Source: an uncultured Candidatus Saccharibacteria bacterium
GTDB lineage: Bacteria > Patescibacteriota > Dojkabacteria > J137
Length of the DNA: 64,000 nt
Direction of reading: 5' to 3'
NCBI GenBank assembly: GCA_964414295.1
Contig: CAYPVU010000031.1
Coordinates: 17,885 to 81,884 of the forward strand
Positions 45,878 to 56,754 of the stretch are shown in pieces (position 1 is the first letter of the stretch; the number at the start of each line of letters is the position of its first letter). Both the position numbers and the translations under genes were made by a program. The notes beneath the pieces were generated by a model. The model was not told the origin of the DNA and ran no database searches. It saw only the letters and a program-made list of their open reading frames with translations.

Positions 45878-48115
45878 TTATTCTCCTCTTAAACTTTGTA
45901 TAAATGCATCTGCATCACTAATTAATACTTCTCTTGGTTTTGAACCATTGGCTGGACCTACAACACCTAATTCTTCTAATTCTTCTAATAAACTTGCAGC
46001 TCTGTTAAATCCAATTCTTAATCTTCTTTGTAAGAAAGATGAGGAACCCTTTTGACTTTGTACTACAATTCTAATCGCTTGTTCTAACATATCGCCTTCG
46101 TTTCCAAAATCAGAGTCGCTACCCGTAGAATTTTCTTGCTCTGGATTTTGATTTTCTAAAATTTCATTTACATATTCAACTTCTGGAGCTTGAGACTTTA
46201 AGAAATTAACAATATTTATAACCTCTTGCTGATCTATAAATGAACTTTGAAGTCTGCTTGCTTTTGGTTTATCTGGGGCTTTATATAAAAGGTCTCCATA
46301 TCCTAGTAAACTTTCCGCTCCAATTCTATCTAAAATAACTCTAGAATCAGTTGAACTAGTAACACTCATACCAATTCTCCCTGGAATATTAGCTTTTATA
46401 ATACCTGTAATAACATTTACAGAAGGTCTTTGTGTAGCTAGTATTAAATGAATCCCAACAGCTCTAGCTTTTTGAGCAAGTCTAACAATTGCAGTTTCTG
46501 CATCTACTTTATTTGCGGTCATCATCATGTCTGCCATTTCATCGATTACAATTACAATGTAAGGCATAGCAGCAAAGCCTTTTTTCTGGTTATATCCTTG
46601 AATATTTCTTACCTGTTCCTTTGCAAGATTTGAATATCTAATTTCCATTTCTTGTACTGCCCATTTAAGTGCATTTACAACTTGACTCATATCTGTAATA
46701 ACAGGTGTTAATAAATGTGGAATTCCATTATAGTCAGAAAGTTCTACTTGTTTAGGGTCTACCAAAATGAATTTAACTTCATCTGGTGTTTTTTTCATTA
46801 ATAAAGATGCAATAAATGAATTTGTTAAAACTGATTTACCAGAACCAGTTGCACCGGCAATAAGTAAGTGAGGCATTTTTTGAATATCTCCAATTATTGA
46901 AGATCCATCTATATTTTTTCCAATTGGAACGGGTAGAGCAAACTCATTAGTTTCCATTTCATCGGATTCCATGATTTCTTTAAATCTAACCATATCTCTT
47001 TTCGATCTGGGAACCTCGATTCCTAAATATGTAGTTTCAGGTATTGATTCTATTCTTACAGCTTTTGAATCAACTCCAAGCGCTAATGCAATGTTTTCAC
47101 TTAAAGTCGCAACTTTAGCAACTTTAATACCTAGTGGAATATTTAATGCATATTGAATTACAGAAGGACCAATAAACGAATCTTCTACTTTAGCTTCAAT
47201 TCCAAAACTTGCAAGTATTTGTTCAATAATTCTTGCATTCTGATCAATTGCAGGTTCATGTGCTTTAGTTTTTTTAAATGGAATTAATAAACTTAAAGGA
47301 GGAAGTTTCCAATCTGGATATTTTAAATCTTCTTGTTTTAATCCATCTTCACCAATAGCTCCTTCTTTAATTTCTACACCCGCATGATCCATTTGTTTTC
47401 TTGGTACAGGTAAAGGTCTAATGGGTTCATTATCATCATCTTCATCGTCATGATGTTTTCTGGAAGATTTTGATTCAGGTAGAGCAGCCTGTTTCTTTTT
47501 ACTAATTAAGTCATTAAAATCTCCTAATCTAGCTGCTTTTTCTGGAACTTTTAGTTCTTCAACATCGGGTTCGCCTCTTTTAAATAAGAATTCATAAACC
47601 TTACCTAACCATCTTATAAACATTGCAGTATTTTCAATTATTTGGCTAATACTCATAGAAATAGCAAGCGGAAGTACTATTAATACAGCTAAAAGTAGAA
47701 TTAATCTTGTTCCAAACTCTACAGGAAAAGTACTACCAAATATATCTCTTACAATAAATCTTCCTACAATGCCTCCTAAACCTTGTTCTCCTCGATTTAA
47801 TTCTCTTTCACTAGTTGCAAATGCAGTTAATAGAGCAGGGAATAAAAAGACTAGTATGCCTTGTGAAATTACACTTTTAGTTTCTGTAAATGGTAGTTTA
47901 CTTCCTAAGAAATGCAAACCCATAGAGAAAAGGAATACTACAGTTACAATTGTAGAAAATCCAAAAAATTCTCTTGCTTGTGTAAATAAATTCCCTTGAT
48001 TATCAGATAAAGAGAATAGAGATATTAAAAAGAATATTCCTAATAGTAAACTTACTAAACCTATAACTGTAGAGGTTTCTCTGCTGTCATAGGTAACATG
48101 TTTTTTTCTTGCCAT
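45878..48115 (-). CDS. ftsK: DNA translocase FtsK/SpoIIIE
   Basis: 4 TMs, PHLLIAGATGSGKS, IDEMAD, ATQRPS, gamma domain LQRRLRIGFNRAA. Confidence 0.97.
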   Translation of the reverse strand: MARKKHVTYDSRETSTVIGLVSLLLGIFFLISLFSLSDNQGNLFTQAREFFGFSTIVTVVFLFSMGLHFLGSKLPFTETKSVISQGILVFLFPALLTAFATSERELNRGEQGLGGIVGRFIVRDIFGSTFPVEFGTRLILLLAVLIVLPLAISMSISQIIENTAMFIRWLGKVYEFLFKRGEPDVEELKVPEKAARLGDFNDLISKKKQAALPESKSSRKHHDDEDDDNEPIRPLPVPRKQMDHAGVEIKEGAIGEDGLKQEDLKYPDWKLPPLSLLIPFKKTKAHEPAIDQNARIIEQILASFGIEAKVEDSFIGPSVIQYALNIPLGIKVAKVATLSENIALALGVDSKAVRIESIPETTYLGIEVPRSKRDMVRFKEIMESDEMETNEFALPVPIGKNIDGSSIIGDIQKMPHLLIAGATGSGKSVLTNSFIASLLMKKTPDEVKFILVDPKQVELSDYNGIPHLLTPVITDMSQVVNALKWAVQEMEIRYSNLAKEQVRNIQGYNQKKGFAAMPYIVIVIDEMADMMMTANKVDAETAIVRLAQKARAVGIHLILATQRPSVNVITGIIKANIPGRIGMSVTSSTDSRVILDRIGAESLLGYGDLLYKAPDKPKASRLQSSFIDQQEVINIVNFLKSQAPEVEYVNEILENQNPEQENSTGSDSDFGNEGDMLEQAIRIVVQSQKGSSSFLQRRLRIGFNRAASLLEELEELGVVGPANGSKPREVLISDADAFIQSLRGE

Positions 48116-48226
48116 GTAAATGAATTAACTGCTTAAAGACCATTCTATCATAGAATAATTTAGCAAAAAAACAAATCCCACTAGCTTTAAAGACAATTTA
48201 AAAGTAAAAGTGTTAATATAAAAAAT

Positions 48227-49024
48227 ATGAAAGTTTTAGATAAAGAAACAAAGTTTGCTCATCTAGGAAAACCTGGAAGTGTTTTTTCTATGGGATTTGC
48301 ACGTAGGCTGGATTTAATAGAAGAAAAAGTAAATTTAAAAAATAAAACAATTTTAGATATGGGTTGCGGTGAAGGTGTGTGGTTAAGAGAGTTTGCAAAA
48401 TTAACTTTACCTGGAAATGTTTATGGAAGTGAATTCGATAATGAGCAAGTAAATTATATTCATAATCTTTTAAACAACGCTACAGAAGATGGGCGTAAAA
48501 AAGATAAGCTTCTTCAAATTCCTTTAAACAACATTAAAAATTGTCCAGGAGAGGCTTTAGATTTTAAAGATAATTTTTTTGATATAGTCTTTCATAATGA
48601 AGTACTAGAGCATGTTCAAGACGATCTACAGACTTTGAAGGAATGTTTTAGAGTTTTAGATACCGGAGGTAAGTTAATTTTTTTTACTCCAAATAGAGGA
48701 TGGCCATTTGAAACACATGGAATGTTTTTAAACGGAAAGTATTACTGGGGTAATATTCCTTTTTTACCATGGATGCCCAAATTTATATTTAGAAAATTTG
48801 CTCCTCACGTAAGAAACTATTCAAACAAAGAGATTAAAAAACTTATAGAGGAAGCCGGAGGTAAAATCATTTATCATTCACATGTATTTTCAGGATTTGA
48901 CGGATTAGTAAGAAGATTTGGGTTAGTGGGAAGAATTATTCAAGGTTTTTTCCATACTATAGAAAAAACTCCACTTCATTTTTTTGGTATTAGCCACTTT
49001 GTAATTGCAGAAAAAAAGTATTAA
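48227..49024 (+). CDS. Class I SAM-dependent methyltransferase
   Basis: ILDMGCGEG, FDIV..NEVLEHV. Confidence 0.9.
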   Translation: MKVLDKETKFAHLGKPGSVFSMGFARRLDLIEEKVNLKNKTILDMGCGEGVWLREFAKLTLPGNVYGSEFDNEQVNYIHNLLNNATEDGRKKDKLLQIPLNNIKNCPGEALDFKDNFFDIVFHNEVLEHVQDDLQTLKECFRVLDTGGKLIFFTPNRGWPFETHGMFLNGKYYWGNIPFLPWMPKFIFRKFAPHVRNYSNKEIKKLIEEAGGKIIYHSHVFSGFDGLVRRFGLVGRIIQGFFHTIEKTPLHFFGISHFVIAEKKY

Positions 49025-49743
49025 TCCCATTCCCCCCATTTACCATAGAACTTTTCTGATCTTTCACTCAGTACCTTTTTAAAGATAAATCCTAGACTCC
49101 CTACAACTAACATCCCCATAAAACCCCCTATTAACATTTTAGCCAATCCATTATTAATATAACGCCTTTCTGAATGTTTAAACTTTGTATTTAATACTCC
49201 AAACCTAAACTTTAATTTTTTTGCTCTTCTAACAATTTCTTGGTCTTCAGCAATCCTTAAATCTTCTTTAAAACCTCCTAACTTTTCGAAAACTTCTCTT
49301 TTAAAAAAGAGTGTAGCTCCAGTAGCCATAGCAATAGGTGTTTTTTCTCTAATTTTAAAAGATGTATTGGTAGCAAGATTATGTACTTTTTGAGACAAAA
49401 CTTCTGATTCTAAATTAAATTGTGCACATGCTAAATCTAATTTTCTTTTGTTAAATTCAGCTATTGATTTTTCTAAGAAGTTAGATGAAAAAGAAATATC
49501 TGCATCTAAAAAAAGTAGAATATCTCCTTTTGACCTTTTAAATCCATTATTTCTACCTACACTTTGTGTTCCTCCTTCAATAACAATAGCTCCATAGCTA
49601 TTTGCAATCTCTCTTGTTCTATCTTTAGAGTTTGCATCAGCTACTATTATTTCAAATTCTTTATATGTTTGATTTTTAAGACTTTCTAATAATTCGCCTA
49701 TATATAGTTCTTCGTTTAGGCTGGGAATAATTACAGATACCAT
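49021..49743 (-). CDS. Glycosyltransferase family 2
   Basis: VSVIIPSLNEE, FLDAD, GGF..AED. Confidence 0.92.
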   Translation of the reverse strand: MVSVIIPSLNEELYIGELLESLKNQTYKEFEIIVADANSKDRTREIANSYGAIVIEGGTQSVGRNNGFKRSKGDILLFLDADISFSSNFLEKSIAEFNKRKLDLACAQFNLESEVLSQKVHNLATNTSFKIREKTPIAMATGATLFFKREVFEKLGGFKEDLRIAEDQEIVRRAKKLKFRFGVLNTKFKHSERRYINNGLAKMLIGGFMGMLVVGSLGFIFKKVLSERSEKFYGKWGEWD

Positions 49744-49804
49744 GTTTTATTTACTTTTAATCGTTATAATTAGCTGTTAACCAAGTAATATTACTTTAAT
49801 TTGT

Positions 49805-50911
49805 ATGAAAAAGAAAATCTTAATTGTATTAGCAGATGTGGGTAATGGACATCGTTCAGCAGCAAACGCATTAATAGAAACCTTTAAAACCTTAAATTCA
49901 GAACATGAAATAAAAGCTATTGATTTATTTGAGTTAGCTGATGTTCAGCCCTTTAATAGTTCAAACGATACTTATTCTTTAGTTTCTAAAAACTATGTAT
50001 TTGAAGAGTTTAATAATTTGCTTTTTAAATTATTCAATACCTCTATAGGATCAAAGTTATTTTCTCAATACACTACATCTTTAATGTATTCCGAATGTTT
50101 AAAAATCATTAAAGAAGAAGATCCTGATTTAATTATTTCAGTACATCCAATTATAAGTATTATTATTTCTTCAATAAAAAGTAGATCAGATCTTAAATTT
50201 AAGTATGTAAATGTAGTAACAGATTTAATAACTTTATTTAGAGGATGGGGAAGTAAAGTTGCCGATCTAACATTTGCGCCCACAGTTGGTGCTTATCATA
50301 AACTCGTAGAATTTGGGTTAGAACCAAGTAAAATTGAATATCCATATTTTCCTATAAATCCTGCTTTAAAAAATAAAAGAAGTAAAAAAGAAATTATGGA
50401 TGAGCTAGGATTTAACAATAATCTACCAATAATTACTATTACTGGAGGAGGGGTTGGTACAGTTGCATTAAAAAAGGCAGTTAGAATTATTCAAAAAAGA
50501 AAGGACTTTAATCTAATAGTTATTTGCGGAAAATCAGCAGAGTTAAGAGAGGAATTAATTACTAAATACAAAGGCGATAATAATCTTAAAGTGCTCGGAT
50601 ATGTAAATAATATACAGGATTACTTTGAGGTTTCTGAAATTATTATTAGTAAACCTGGTCCTGCAACTGTTTTAGAGATTCAACTCTTTAATAAAAAAGC
50701 AATCATAACTAAACCTATTGGTGAACAAGAAAAAGGGAATATTGATCTTGCTCTAGAATCCAATAAATTTAAATATATAGGAAACAACTGGGATTTATTG
50801 AATTCCTCACTAGACTATCTTAGAAACCTTGAAGTTGAGGAAGTTTCAATAGGAAGAAGTTTTGATGAATCCGAAATTATCGTAAAAAGAATACTAGAAT
50901 TGTTAGATTAA
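49805..50911 (+). CDS. MGDG synthase/UgtP-like glycosyltransferase (GT28)
   Basis: GNGHRSAA, ISVHP, VVTD, GGGVG, ISKPGP, QEKGN. Confidence 0.88.
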   Translation: MKKKILIVLADVGNGHRSAANALIETFKTLNSEHEIKAIDLFELADVQPFNSSNDTYSLVSKNYVFEEFNNLLFKLFNTSIGSKLFSQYTTSLMYSECLKIIKEEDPDLIISVHPIISIIISSIKSRSDLKFKYVNVVTDLITLFRGWGSKVADLTFAPTVGAYHKLVEFGLEPSKIEYPYFPINPALKNKRSKKEIMDELGFNNNLPIITITGGGVGTVALKKAVRIIQKRKDFNLIVICGKSAELREELITKYKGDNNLKVLGYVNNIQDYFEVSEIIISKPGPATVLEIQLFNKKAIITKPIGEQEKGNIDLALESNKFKYIGNNWDLLNSSLDYLRNLEVEEVSIGRSFDESEIIVKRILELLD

Positions 50912-50932
50912 ATAGTTTAATTTCAGTAGTTA

Positions 50933-50969
50933 TTATCACTTCACTAATCTACCTGCTAACTGATATAAT
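50933..50969 (+). promoter_or_regulatory. Degenerate CIRCE element and extended -10 upstream of dnaJ
   Basis: TTATCACTT-N9-ACCTGCTAA versus TTAGCACTC-N9-GAGTGCTAA; TGaTATAAT at 50961-50969. Confidence 0.5.
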
Positions 50970-51006
50970 TTTTAGCATTTGATTTGTATTATATAAAAAT
51001 AATCCT

Positions 51007-52104
51007 ATGTCTAAACGTGATTACTATGAAATATTAGGTGTTTCTAAGAGTGCTTCTAAAGAAGAGATTAAAAAATCTTATAGATCTTTAGCTAAACAAT
51101 ACCATCCAGATAGAAATAAAAGCTCCGATGCAGAATCTAAGTTTAAAGAGGTGCAAGAAGCATATGAAGTGTTAAGTGATGATCAGAAAAGAAAAGCCTA
51201 TGATCAATACGGCTTTGCGGGTACTCAAGCATTTGGGGGACAGAGCGGTTTTGGCGGAGGATTTAATGGATTTGAAGGTTTTCAATCTGATTTAGGTGGA
51301 TTTGAAGATCTATTAGGCAACTTCTTCGGATCTTCTTTTGGAGGGTTTGGATTTAACGGAAATTCCCAAAAAGAAACAAGAGATAATAAAGGTGAAGATT
51401 TAGAATTTAATTTACAGGTAGAATTTAGTGAGGCAATTTTTGGAGCTGAAAAAATTGTTAAATATAAAAGAAATGTAAAGTGTGATGTATGTAAAGGTAG
51501 TGGAGCTAAAAATGGTAAACCTAAAAAATGTACAACTTGTGAAGGAAAAGGAAAGGTAGTACAAATTCAAAATACTTTACTAGGCAGAATGCAAATTGTA
51601 AATACTTGTCCAACATGCAATGGAAGTGGAGAAATGATTGAAGATAAATGTCCTAATTGTAAAGGCGATGGTTTAATAAGCAAACAGGAAGAGTTTAAAG
51701 TAAAAGTACCAGCTGGTATTCCGGATTCCGTAACATTAAGATTTAGGGAGCAAGGAAATTATGGAAGAAATGGTGGGAGAGCTGGAGATTTATTTGTAAC
51801 TATTGAAGTGAAAGCGCATAAATCCCTTGAAAGAAGAGGAGATGATATCTACCTAGATAAAGAAATAGATATAGCTACAGCAGTTCTAGGTGGTGAAGTA
51901 GAAGTAGAAACAGTTCATGGAGAAGTTTTAATGAATGTGCCTGCAGGTACTCAAAGTGAACAAGTTTTAAGATTAAAAGGAAAAGGGGGACCTAAATTTA
52001 GGGGAAGTGGTAACGGAGATCAATTTGTGAAAGTAATTTTAAAAGTTCCACAAAAATTGACAAAAGATCAACGAAAATTATGGGAGCAACTTAAAAATAC
52101 TTGA
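51007..52104 (+). CDS. dnaJ: Chaperone DnaJ
   Basis: HPD, G/F-rich region, four CxxCxGxG repeats. Confidence 0.98.
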   Translation: MSKRDYYEILGVSKSASKEEIKKSYRSLAKQYHPDRNKSSDAESKFKEVQEAYEVLSDDQKRKAYDQYGFAGTQAFGGQSGFGGGFNGFEGFQSDLGGFEDLLGNFFGSSFGGFGFNGNSQKETRDNKGEDLEFNLQVEFSEAIFGAEKIVKYKRNVKCDVCKGSGAKNGKPKKCTTCEGKGKVVQIQNTLLGRMQIVNTCPTCNGSGEMIEDKCPNCKGDGLISKQEEFKVKVPAGIPDSVTLRFREQGNYGRNGGRAGDLFVTIEVKAHKSLERRGDDIYLDKEIDIATAVLGGEVEVETVHGEVLMNVPAGTQSEQVLRLKGKGGPKFRGSGNGDQFVKVILKVPQKLTKDQRKLWEQLKNT

Positions 52105-52145
52105 GTTTTTTGAAGGCTTATACAGTATAGTGTTTCACGATTTTG

Positions 52146-52175
52146 TTGACAAAAAAGAATTTAGCTAAATATAAT
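52146..52175 (+). promoter_or_regulatory. Consensus sigma70 promoter
   Basis: TTGACA-18 nt-TATAAT; palindrome ATTTAGCTAAAT in the spacer. Confidence 0.7.
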
Positions 52176-52235
52176 GAAACTATCAGCAAATTTTTGATAA
52201 TTCAAAAGTTTTCAAAATAGTTTTAATAGCTAAAT

Positions 52236-53009
52236 ATGATAGACCTATCTGACCTTTGTGGGTTGCCTATACAGTTTGACAATGATAATTCAACTTTTCT
52301 TCTATCCGAAGATTTGTCTTGTGAAGGAGAAATTAAAGTAAAACTCTCAGAAATAACTCCTATTCTTTTAAATAAATATTTAAGATATCCTGAGTTTGTT
52401 TACACTCATAGAAGGAATATTAGTTCTAAAGACTTTTTTTGTGATGGAGTTTCTTACGATTTAATGCATATTCCTTTTGGACTCTTAGGAATTGAATATA
52501 TAAAAACACATGTATATTATTCGGACAGAGTAGAAGGTAAGTATGATTGTATTGTTGAAGTATTGCAAGGTGAAATGACTGTAGTATTGCAAAAGAATGA
52601 ACCTAAATTAGATGAGTGGCAATATAATACTGGTGTGGAAGATCTTTCTATTATTGTTTTAAGAAAAGGACACAAATTAGCAATTCCTACTGGCTATTTT
52701 TATACATTTGTTAATACAGGTTCAGTTCCATTATTAATATCTAGAATTAGTGCAGTTCATAGACATGCCCCTGTAGATTATGAGATTTTAAAAAGAGAAA
52801 AAGGTCTAGCTTGTTATATTATTTCTAAGAATGCCAAAATAGAAACGGTTGCAAATCCTAAATATAAAGTTCCTGCAAAGCTAAAACCCACAAGCATGAC
52901 TACATTTATAGAAAAAAAATCTCAAGACGAATCTCAAAAACAAATTTTCAAAACAAAGGAACCTCTTGCTAAAATGATTGATAATATAAAATCATTTGTT
53001 TTGCTTTAA
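52236..53009 (+). CDS. Cupin-type (archaeal) glucose-6-phosphate isomerase-like protein
   Basis: YDLMHIP.G.LG.EYIKT, EVLQG..VVLQ, IPTGY..VNTG..PL, ..KGLACY. Confidence 0.7.
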   Translation: MIDLSDLCGLPIQFDNDNSTFLLSEDLSCEGEIKVKLSEITPILLNKYLRYPEFVYTHRRNISSKDFFCDGVSYDLMHIPFGLLGIEYIKTHVYYSDRVEGKYDCIVEVLQGEMTVVLQKNEPKLDEWQYNTGVEDLSIIVLRKGHKLAIPTGYFYTFVNTGSVPLLISRISAVHRHAPVDYEILKREKGLACYIISKNAKIETVANPKYKVPAKLKPTSMTTFIEKKSQDESQKQIFKTKEPLAKMIDNIKSFVLL

Positions 53010-53015
53010 TCTTAA

Positions 53016-53735
53016 GTGAATATAGAATTCAAATTACAGTATAACTATTTAACTCTGCTACTGGCTCTTAACATAGTCATTTTTATACTCGCCTTAGTAT
53101 TTGATAATATTGTTGGATTTGATGGTAGTTCATTCTATTTATTTGGAGGACAAATTACCTCTCAAATTAGAGCAGGGGATTGGTGGTTATTAGTTACTCC
53201 TAACTTTTTTCATATAGATATTCTACACTTTGTTTTTAACTTAATATCGCTTTATAGAATTGGACAAATTGCAATGTATTATTACAGCGGTAGAAAGGTG
53301 TTTTTAACTTATATTTTTGGTGGAATTGCTGGTGTCTGGCTTTCTTATGTAGTTTCCTCTTTAGCTGGTAGTAATGTCTTTTCTTTGGGTGCATCAGCAA
53401 GTATTTTTGCTTTAATTGGCTTATTACTTGGGGGTACATTTAGAAAGAATCGATTTGGACAAGAATTGCCATTTTCTGTCACAGACATAGCACCATTTAT
53501 AATTATTTCGCTACTGTTTGGTGTAATGCCAGGTCTTAATATAAATAATTGGGCTCATTTAGGCGGATTAATTGGAGGCACAATTCTTGGTTTCTTAATT
53601 CCTAATTCTTTAACTAAGTATTCAAGCAAACCAGAAAAAGCTGTTACTGAATCACTTTACTGGGGAGCATTAATTATTTTTATAATAAGTTACATAGCGT
53701 TATTTATTAATGCTTATAATCTTATAACTCAATAG
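53016..53735 (+). CDS. Rhomboid-family intramembrane serine protease
   Basis: HIDILHFVFN, GASA, AHLGG. Confidence 0.93.
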   Translation: MNIEFKLQYNYLTLLLALNIVIFILALVFDNIVGFDGSSFYLFGGQITSQIRAGDWWLLVTPNFFHIDILHFVFNLISLYRIGQIAMYYYSGRKVFLTYIFGGIAGVWLSYVVSSLAGSNVFSLGASASIFALIGLLLGGTFRKNRFGQELPFSVTDIAPFIIISLLFGVMPGLNINNWAHLGGLIGGTILGFLIPNSLTKYSSKPEKAVTESLYWGALIIFIISYIALFINAYNLITQ

Positions 53736-53736
53736 T

Positions 53737-55086
53737 ATGAAAAACCTTATCCAACTTTATCTAATAAGACCAATAAAAAAATATTTTCATATTACGGAAT
53801 CCGTATTTCAATCAATTAAACTTAAAAATCCATCAAGGAATTTAAAATTAATTGCAGTAACAGGAACTTCTGGTAAATCCTCTACATCTACAATGATTTA
53901 TCATGTATTAAAAGAGTTAGGATTTAGTACCGGATTAATTTCTACAGTAGAAGCAGTTGCTGGTAATAAAACAATAGATACCGGATTGCATGTAACAACT
54001 CCAGATGCTAAGGAGCTACAAAGTATTTTAAGCAAAATGAGAGATGAATCCATAGCTTATGTTGTTATGGAATCTTCTTCACACGCAATAGACCAGGGTA
54101 GATTAGGATTATTAAAACTAGATTATGCTGTGTACACAAATATTAAAAGAGATCACTTAGATTGGCATTTAACTTGGGAAAATTATGCTAAAGCAAAAGC
54201 AGGACTTATAAATAAACTAAAAAAAGTAGGTAAGGTAATTGTAAATAAAGATGATAGTAATTCATATGATTTTTTAAGACAGTACTATTATTCATTAACT
54301 AAAAATCCTTTAAATTTTGTTGAATATTCAAAAAGTTCAGAGGTAAGCAATATTAAAGAAACTCTAGAGGGGTTAACTTTTACATATAAAGATACTATAT
54401 TTCAGATTCCTGTAATCGGTAGCTATAATATCGATAATGCTTTGGCAGCAATTAAAATAGCAGAAGATTTAGGTGCAGAACTACCAAAGATAGCTAATTC
54501 CTTAAGGAGTTTTAAAGGAGTAAAAGGAAGAATGGAAGTAATTCAAAATAAACCCTTTATGGTAATTGTAGATTTTGCACATAATGCAGATTCTTTAGAA
54601 AAATCCCTAGATTCTATAAGAAAAATTAGTGGTGTAAATAGAATAATATCTGTTTTTGGATCTGCAGGTTTAAGAGATAGAGAGAAACGATTTACTATGG
54701 GCAATGTTGCAGCTAAATATTCTAATATTGTAATTGCTACTGCAGAAGATTCCAGAACAGAAAGTTTATTTGATATTAATTCTAAAATTATTGATGGAGC
54801 TAAAGAAAATGGCGCAGAGTTAGTAACAAGATTTAGTAATCATGATCAGTATGTTGATTACATTAAAAATACAGAAAATTTAAATATTGAAGGTAAAAAG
54901 GTATTTGCATTTGATGAAGAAACAGTCGATTCCAGATTTGATGCAATTGATTTGGCTGTAAGACTAGCAAAAGAAGGTGATGTTGTAATTACAGAAGGAA
55001 AAGGACACGAAAAATCTTTATGTTTTGGTACTACTGAATATCCTTTCACAGATCAAGAGGCAGTAGAAAAAGCTTTAAACAATTAA
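53737..55086 (+). CDS. murE: UDP-N-acetylmuramyl-tripeptide synthetase
   Basis: VTGTSGKSS, HVTTP, MESSSH, DHLDWH, VDFAHN, GKGHE. Confidence 0.93.
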   Translation: MKNLIQLYLIRPIKKYFHITESVFQSIKLKNPSRNLKLIAVTGTSGKSSTSTMIYHVLKELGFSTGLISTVEAVAGNKTIDTGLHVTTPDAKELQSILSKMRDESIAYVVMESSSHAIDQGRLGLLKLDYAVYTNIKRDHLDWHLTWENYAKAKAGLINKLKKVGKVIVNKDDSNSYDFLRQYYYSLTKNPLNFVEYSKSSEVSNIKETLEGLTFTYKDTIFQIPVIGSYNIDNALAAIKIAEDLGAELPKIANSLRSFKGVKGRMEVIQNKPFMVIVDFAHNADSLEKSLDSIRKISGVNRIISVFGSAGLRDREKRFTMGNVAAKYSNIVIATAEDSRTESLFDINSKIIDGAKENGAELVTRFSNHDQYVDYIKNTENLNIEGKKVFAFDEETVDSRFDAIDLAVRLAKEGDVVITEGKGHEKSLCFGTTEYPFTDQEAVEKALNN

Positions 55087-55144
55087 TTTGACTACTTTTT
55101 ATTACGGTGTACACTTTAAAGGTATCATTTTTAAATTAACTTAA

Positions 55145-56056
55145 ATGAAATCTTTAAAGAATCAAATCTCTAGGTATAAAAAACTTATTATATTCCTTTT
55201 AATTGTTTTGACTGTATTATTATTTGTTGTTTTTAGAAGTGCACGATCAGTTAATAGTACAACCAATTTAGTAATTGAAAAAGTTCAAACACGAAATGTA
55301 GAACAGAAAGTGTCAGCAGATGGCAATATTCAAGGATTAGATAAAAGAGTAGTATATTTTACTCCTAATCAAAAAGTAACTGAGATTAGAGTAAATATTG
55401 GAGGTCAAGTAAATAAAGATGATGTACTTGCAGTATTAACAACCGTTGACGGTAGGAATATTAATACAGAGATAAGATCACCAATTAATGGAATAGTAAC
55501 TGAATCTAACTATAAGCAAAATGATATTGTAAGTGCAGTATCTTCTGAAGGTTTTGTAATTGTTGATACATCTTCTTATAAAATTGAATTACAAGTAAAT
55601 GAAAATGATATTGCTAATTTAAAGGCAGGACAACCTTCTAGAATTACATACCCTGCAATCTCTATAGATGAGGAATATTTAGGTGAAGTTGAAAGTGTTT
55701 CCCCTGACTCTTTAGCTGACAGTGCAGCTGTAACTTACAGAGTAATTGTTAAGCCTACAGAAGTTCCAGAAGGATTAAAATTAGGAATGTCTGCAAATGT
55801 AGTAATAACAACTGCACAAGCAGTGAATGTAATTGCTATTCCAGAAAGCTTTATTGTAGAAAAAGACGATAAAGTATATTTAAAGTTTTTAAATTGGACA
55901 GATTCAGAAAAAACTAATTACACAATAGAAGAAAAAGAAGTCCAAATTGGTTTAAGAACAGATGAATATATAGAATTAAAATCTGGAGCTAAGGACGGAG
56001 ATGAAGTAGTTGAACCTGAATTTGAACCACAAAGATTAAGTATTTTTGGTAATTAA
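55145..56056 (+). CDS. Efflux periplasmic adaptor (MacA-like)
   Basis: TM anchor, lipoyl halves (IRSPING), VNENDI, LKLGMSA. Confidence 0.85.
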   Translation: MKSLKNQISRYKKLIIFLLIVLTVLLFVVFRSARSVNSTTNLVIEKVQTRNVEQKVSADGNIQGLDKRVVYFTPNQKVTEIRVNIGGQVNKDDVLAVLTTVDGRNINTEIRSPINGIVTESNYKQNDIVSAVSSEGFVIVDTSSYKIELQVNENDIANLKAGQPSRITYPAISIDEEYLGEVESVSPDSLADSAAVTYRVIVKPTEVPEGLKLGMSANVVITTAQAVNVIAIPESFIVEKDDKVYLKFLNWTDSEKTNYTIEEKEVQIGLRTDEYIELKSGAKDGDEVVEPEFEPQRLSIFGN

Positions 56057-56752
56057 ATGACATCAAAAAAATCAGATACTACAACAAATCTAATAGAGTT
56101 AAGAAATGTTTTTAAATCCTATAACCTAAATAAGGACAATGAGTTTAGAGCCTTGCGGGATGTTGATTTAATAATTAAAAAAGGAGAGTTTGTAGCAATC
56201 ATGGGTCCATCTGGATCTGGTAAATCAACATTAATGAATATACTTGGAGCACTGGATACGCCGACTAGTGGACATTATATTATAAATGGTACAGATATAA
56301 GCAAGTTCACAGACGATCAATTAGCGGATTTTAGAAACAAAGACGTAGGATTTGTTTTTCAGCAATTTAATTTGTTGCCGAGAATAAATGTAAAACAAAA
56401 TGTTTTATTACCAACTCTATACGGAAAGATTGAAAGTAAAGAAGAAAGATTAAAAGAGGTTTTATCTAAAGTTGGTTTGCTTGAAAAAATTAATAATAAA
56501 TCTAATCAATTATCTGGAGGGCAGGTGCAAAGAGTTGCAATCGCTAGAGCTTTAATAATGAATCCTTCTATTATTATGGCAGACGAACCGACCGGTAACC
56601 TAGATACTAAGACATCCAAGGAAATAATGCAGATATTTAATGATTTAAATAAGGAAGGGAATACTATTATTTTAGTTACTCACGAAGAAGATATTGCAGC
56701 ATATGCAAAACGGATTATTAGAATTAAAGATGGGGAAATAGTTAAACAATAA
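56057..56752 (+). CDS. ABC transporter ATP-binding protein (MacB/LolD type)
   Basis: GPSGSGKS, LSGGQ, ADEPTGNLD. Confidence 0.96.
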   Translation: MTSKKSDTTTNLIELRNVFKSYNLNKDNEFRALRDVDLIIKKGEFVAIMGPSGSGKSTLMNILGALDTPTSGHYIINGTDISKFTDDQLADFRNKDVGFVFQQFNLLPRINVKQNVLLPTLYGKIESKEERLKEVLSKVGLLEKINNKSNQLSGGQVQRVAIARALIMNPSIIMADEPTGNLDTKTSKEIMQIFNDLNKEGNTIILVTHEEDIAAYAKRIIRIKDGEIVKQ

Positions 56753-56754
56753 TT

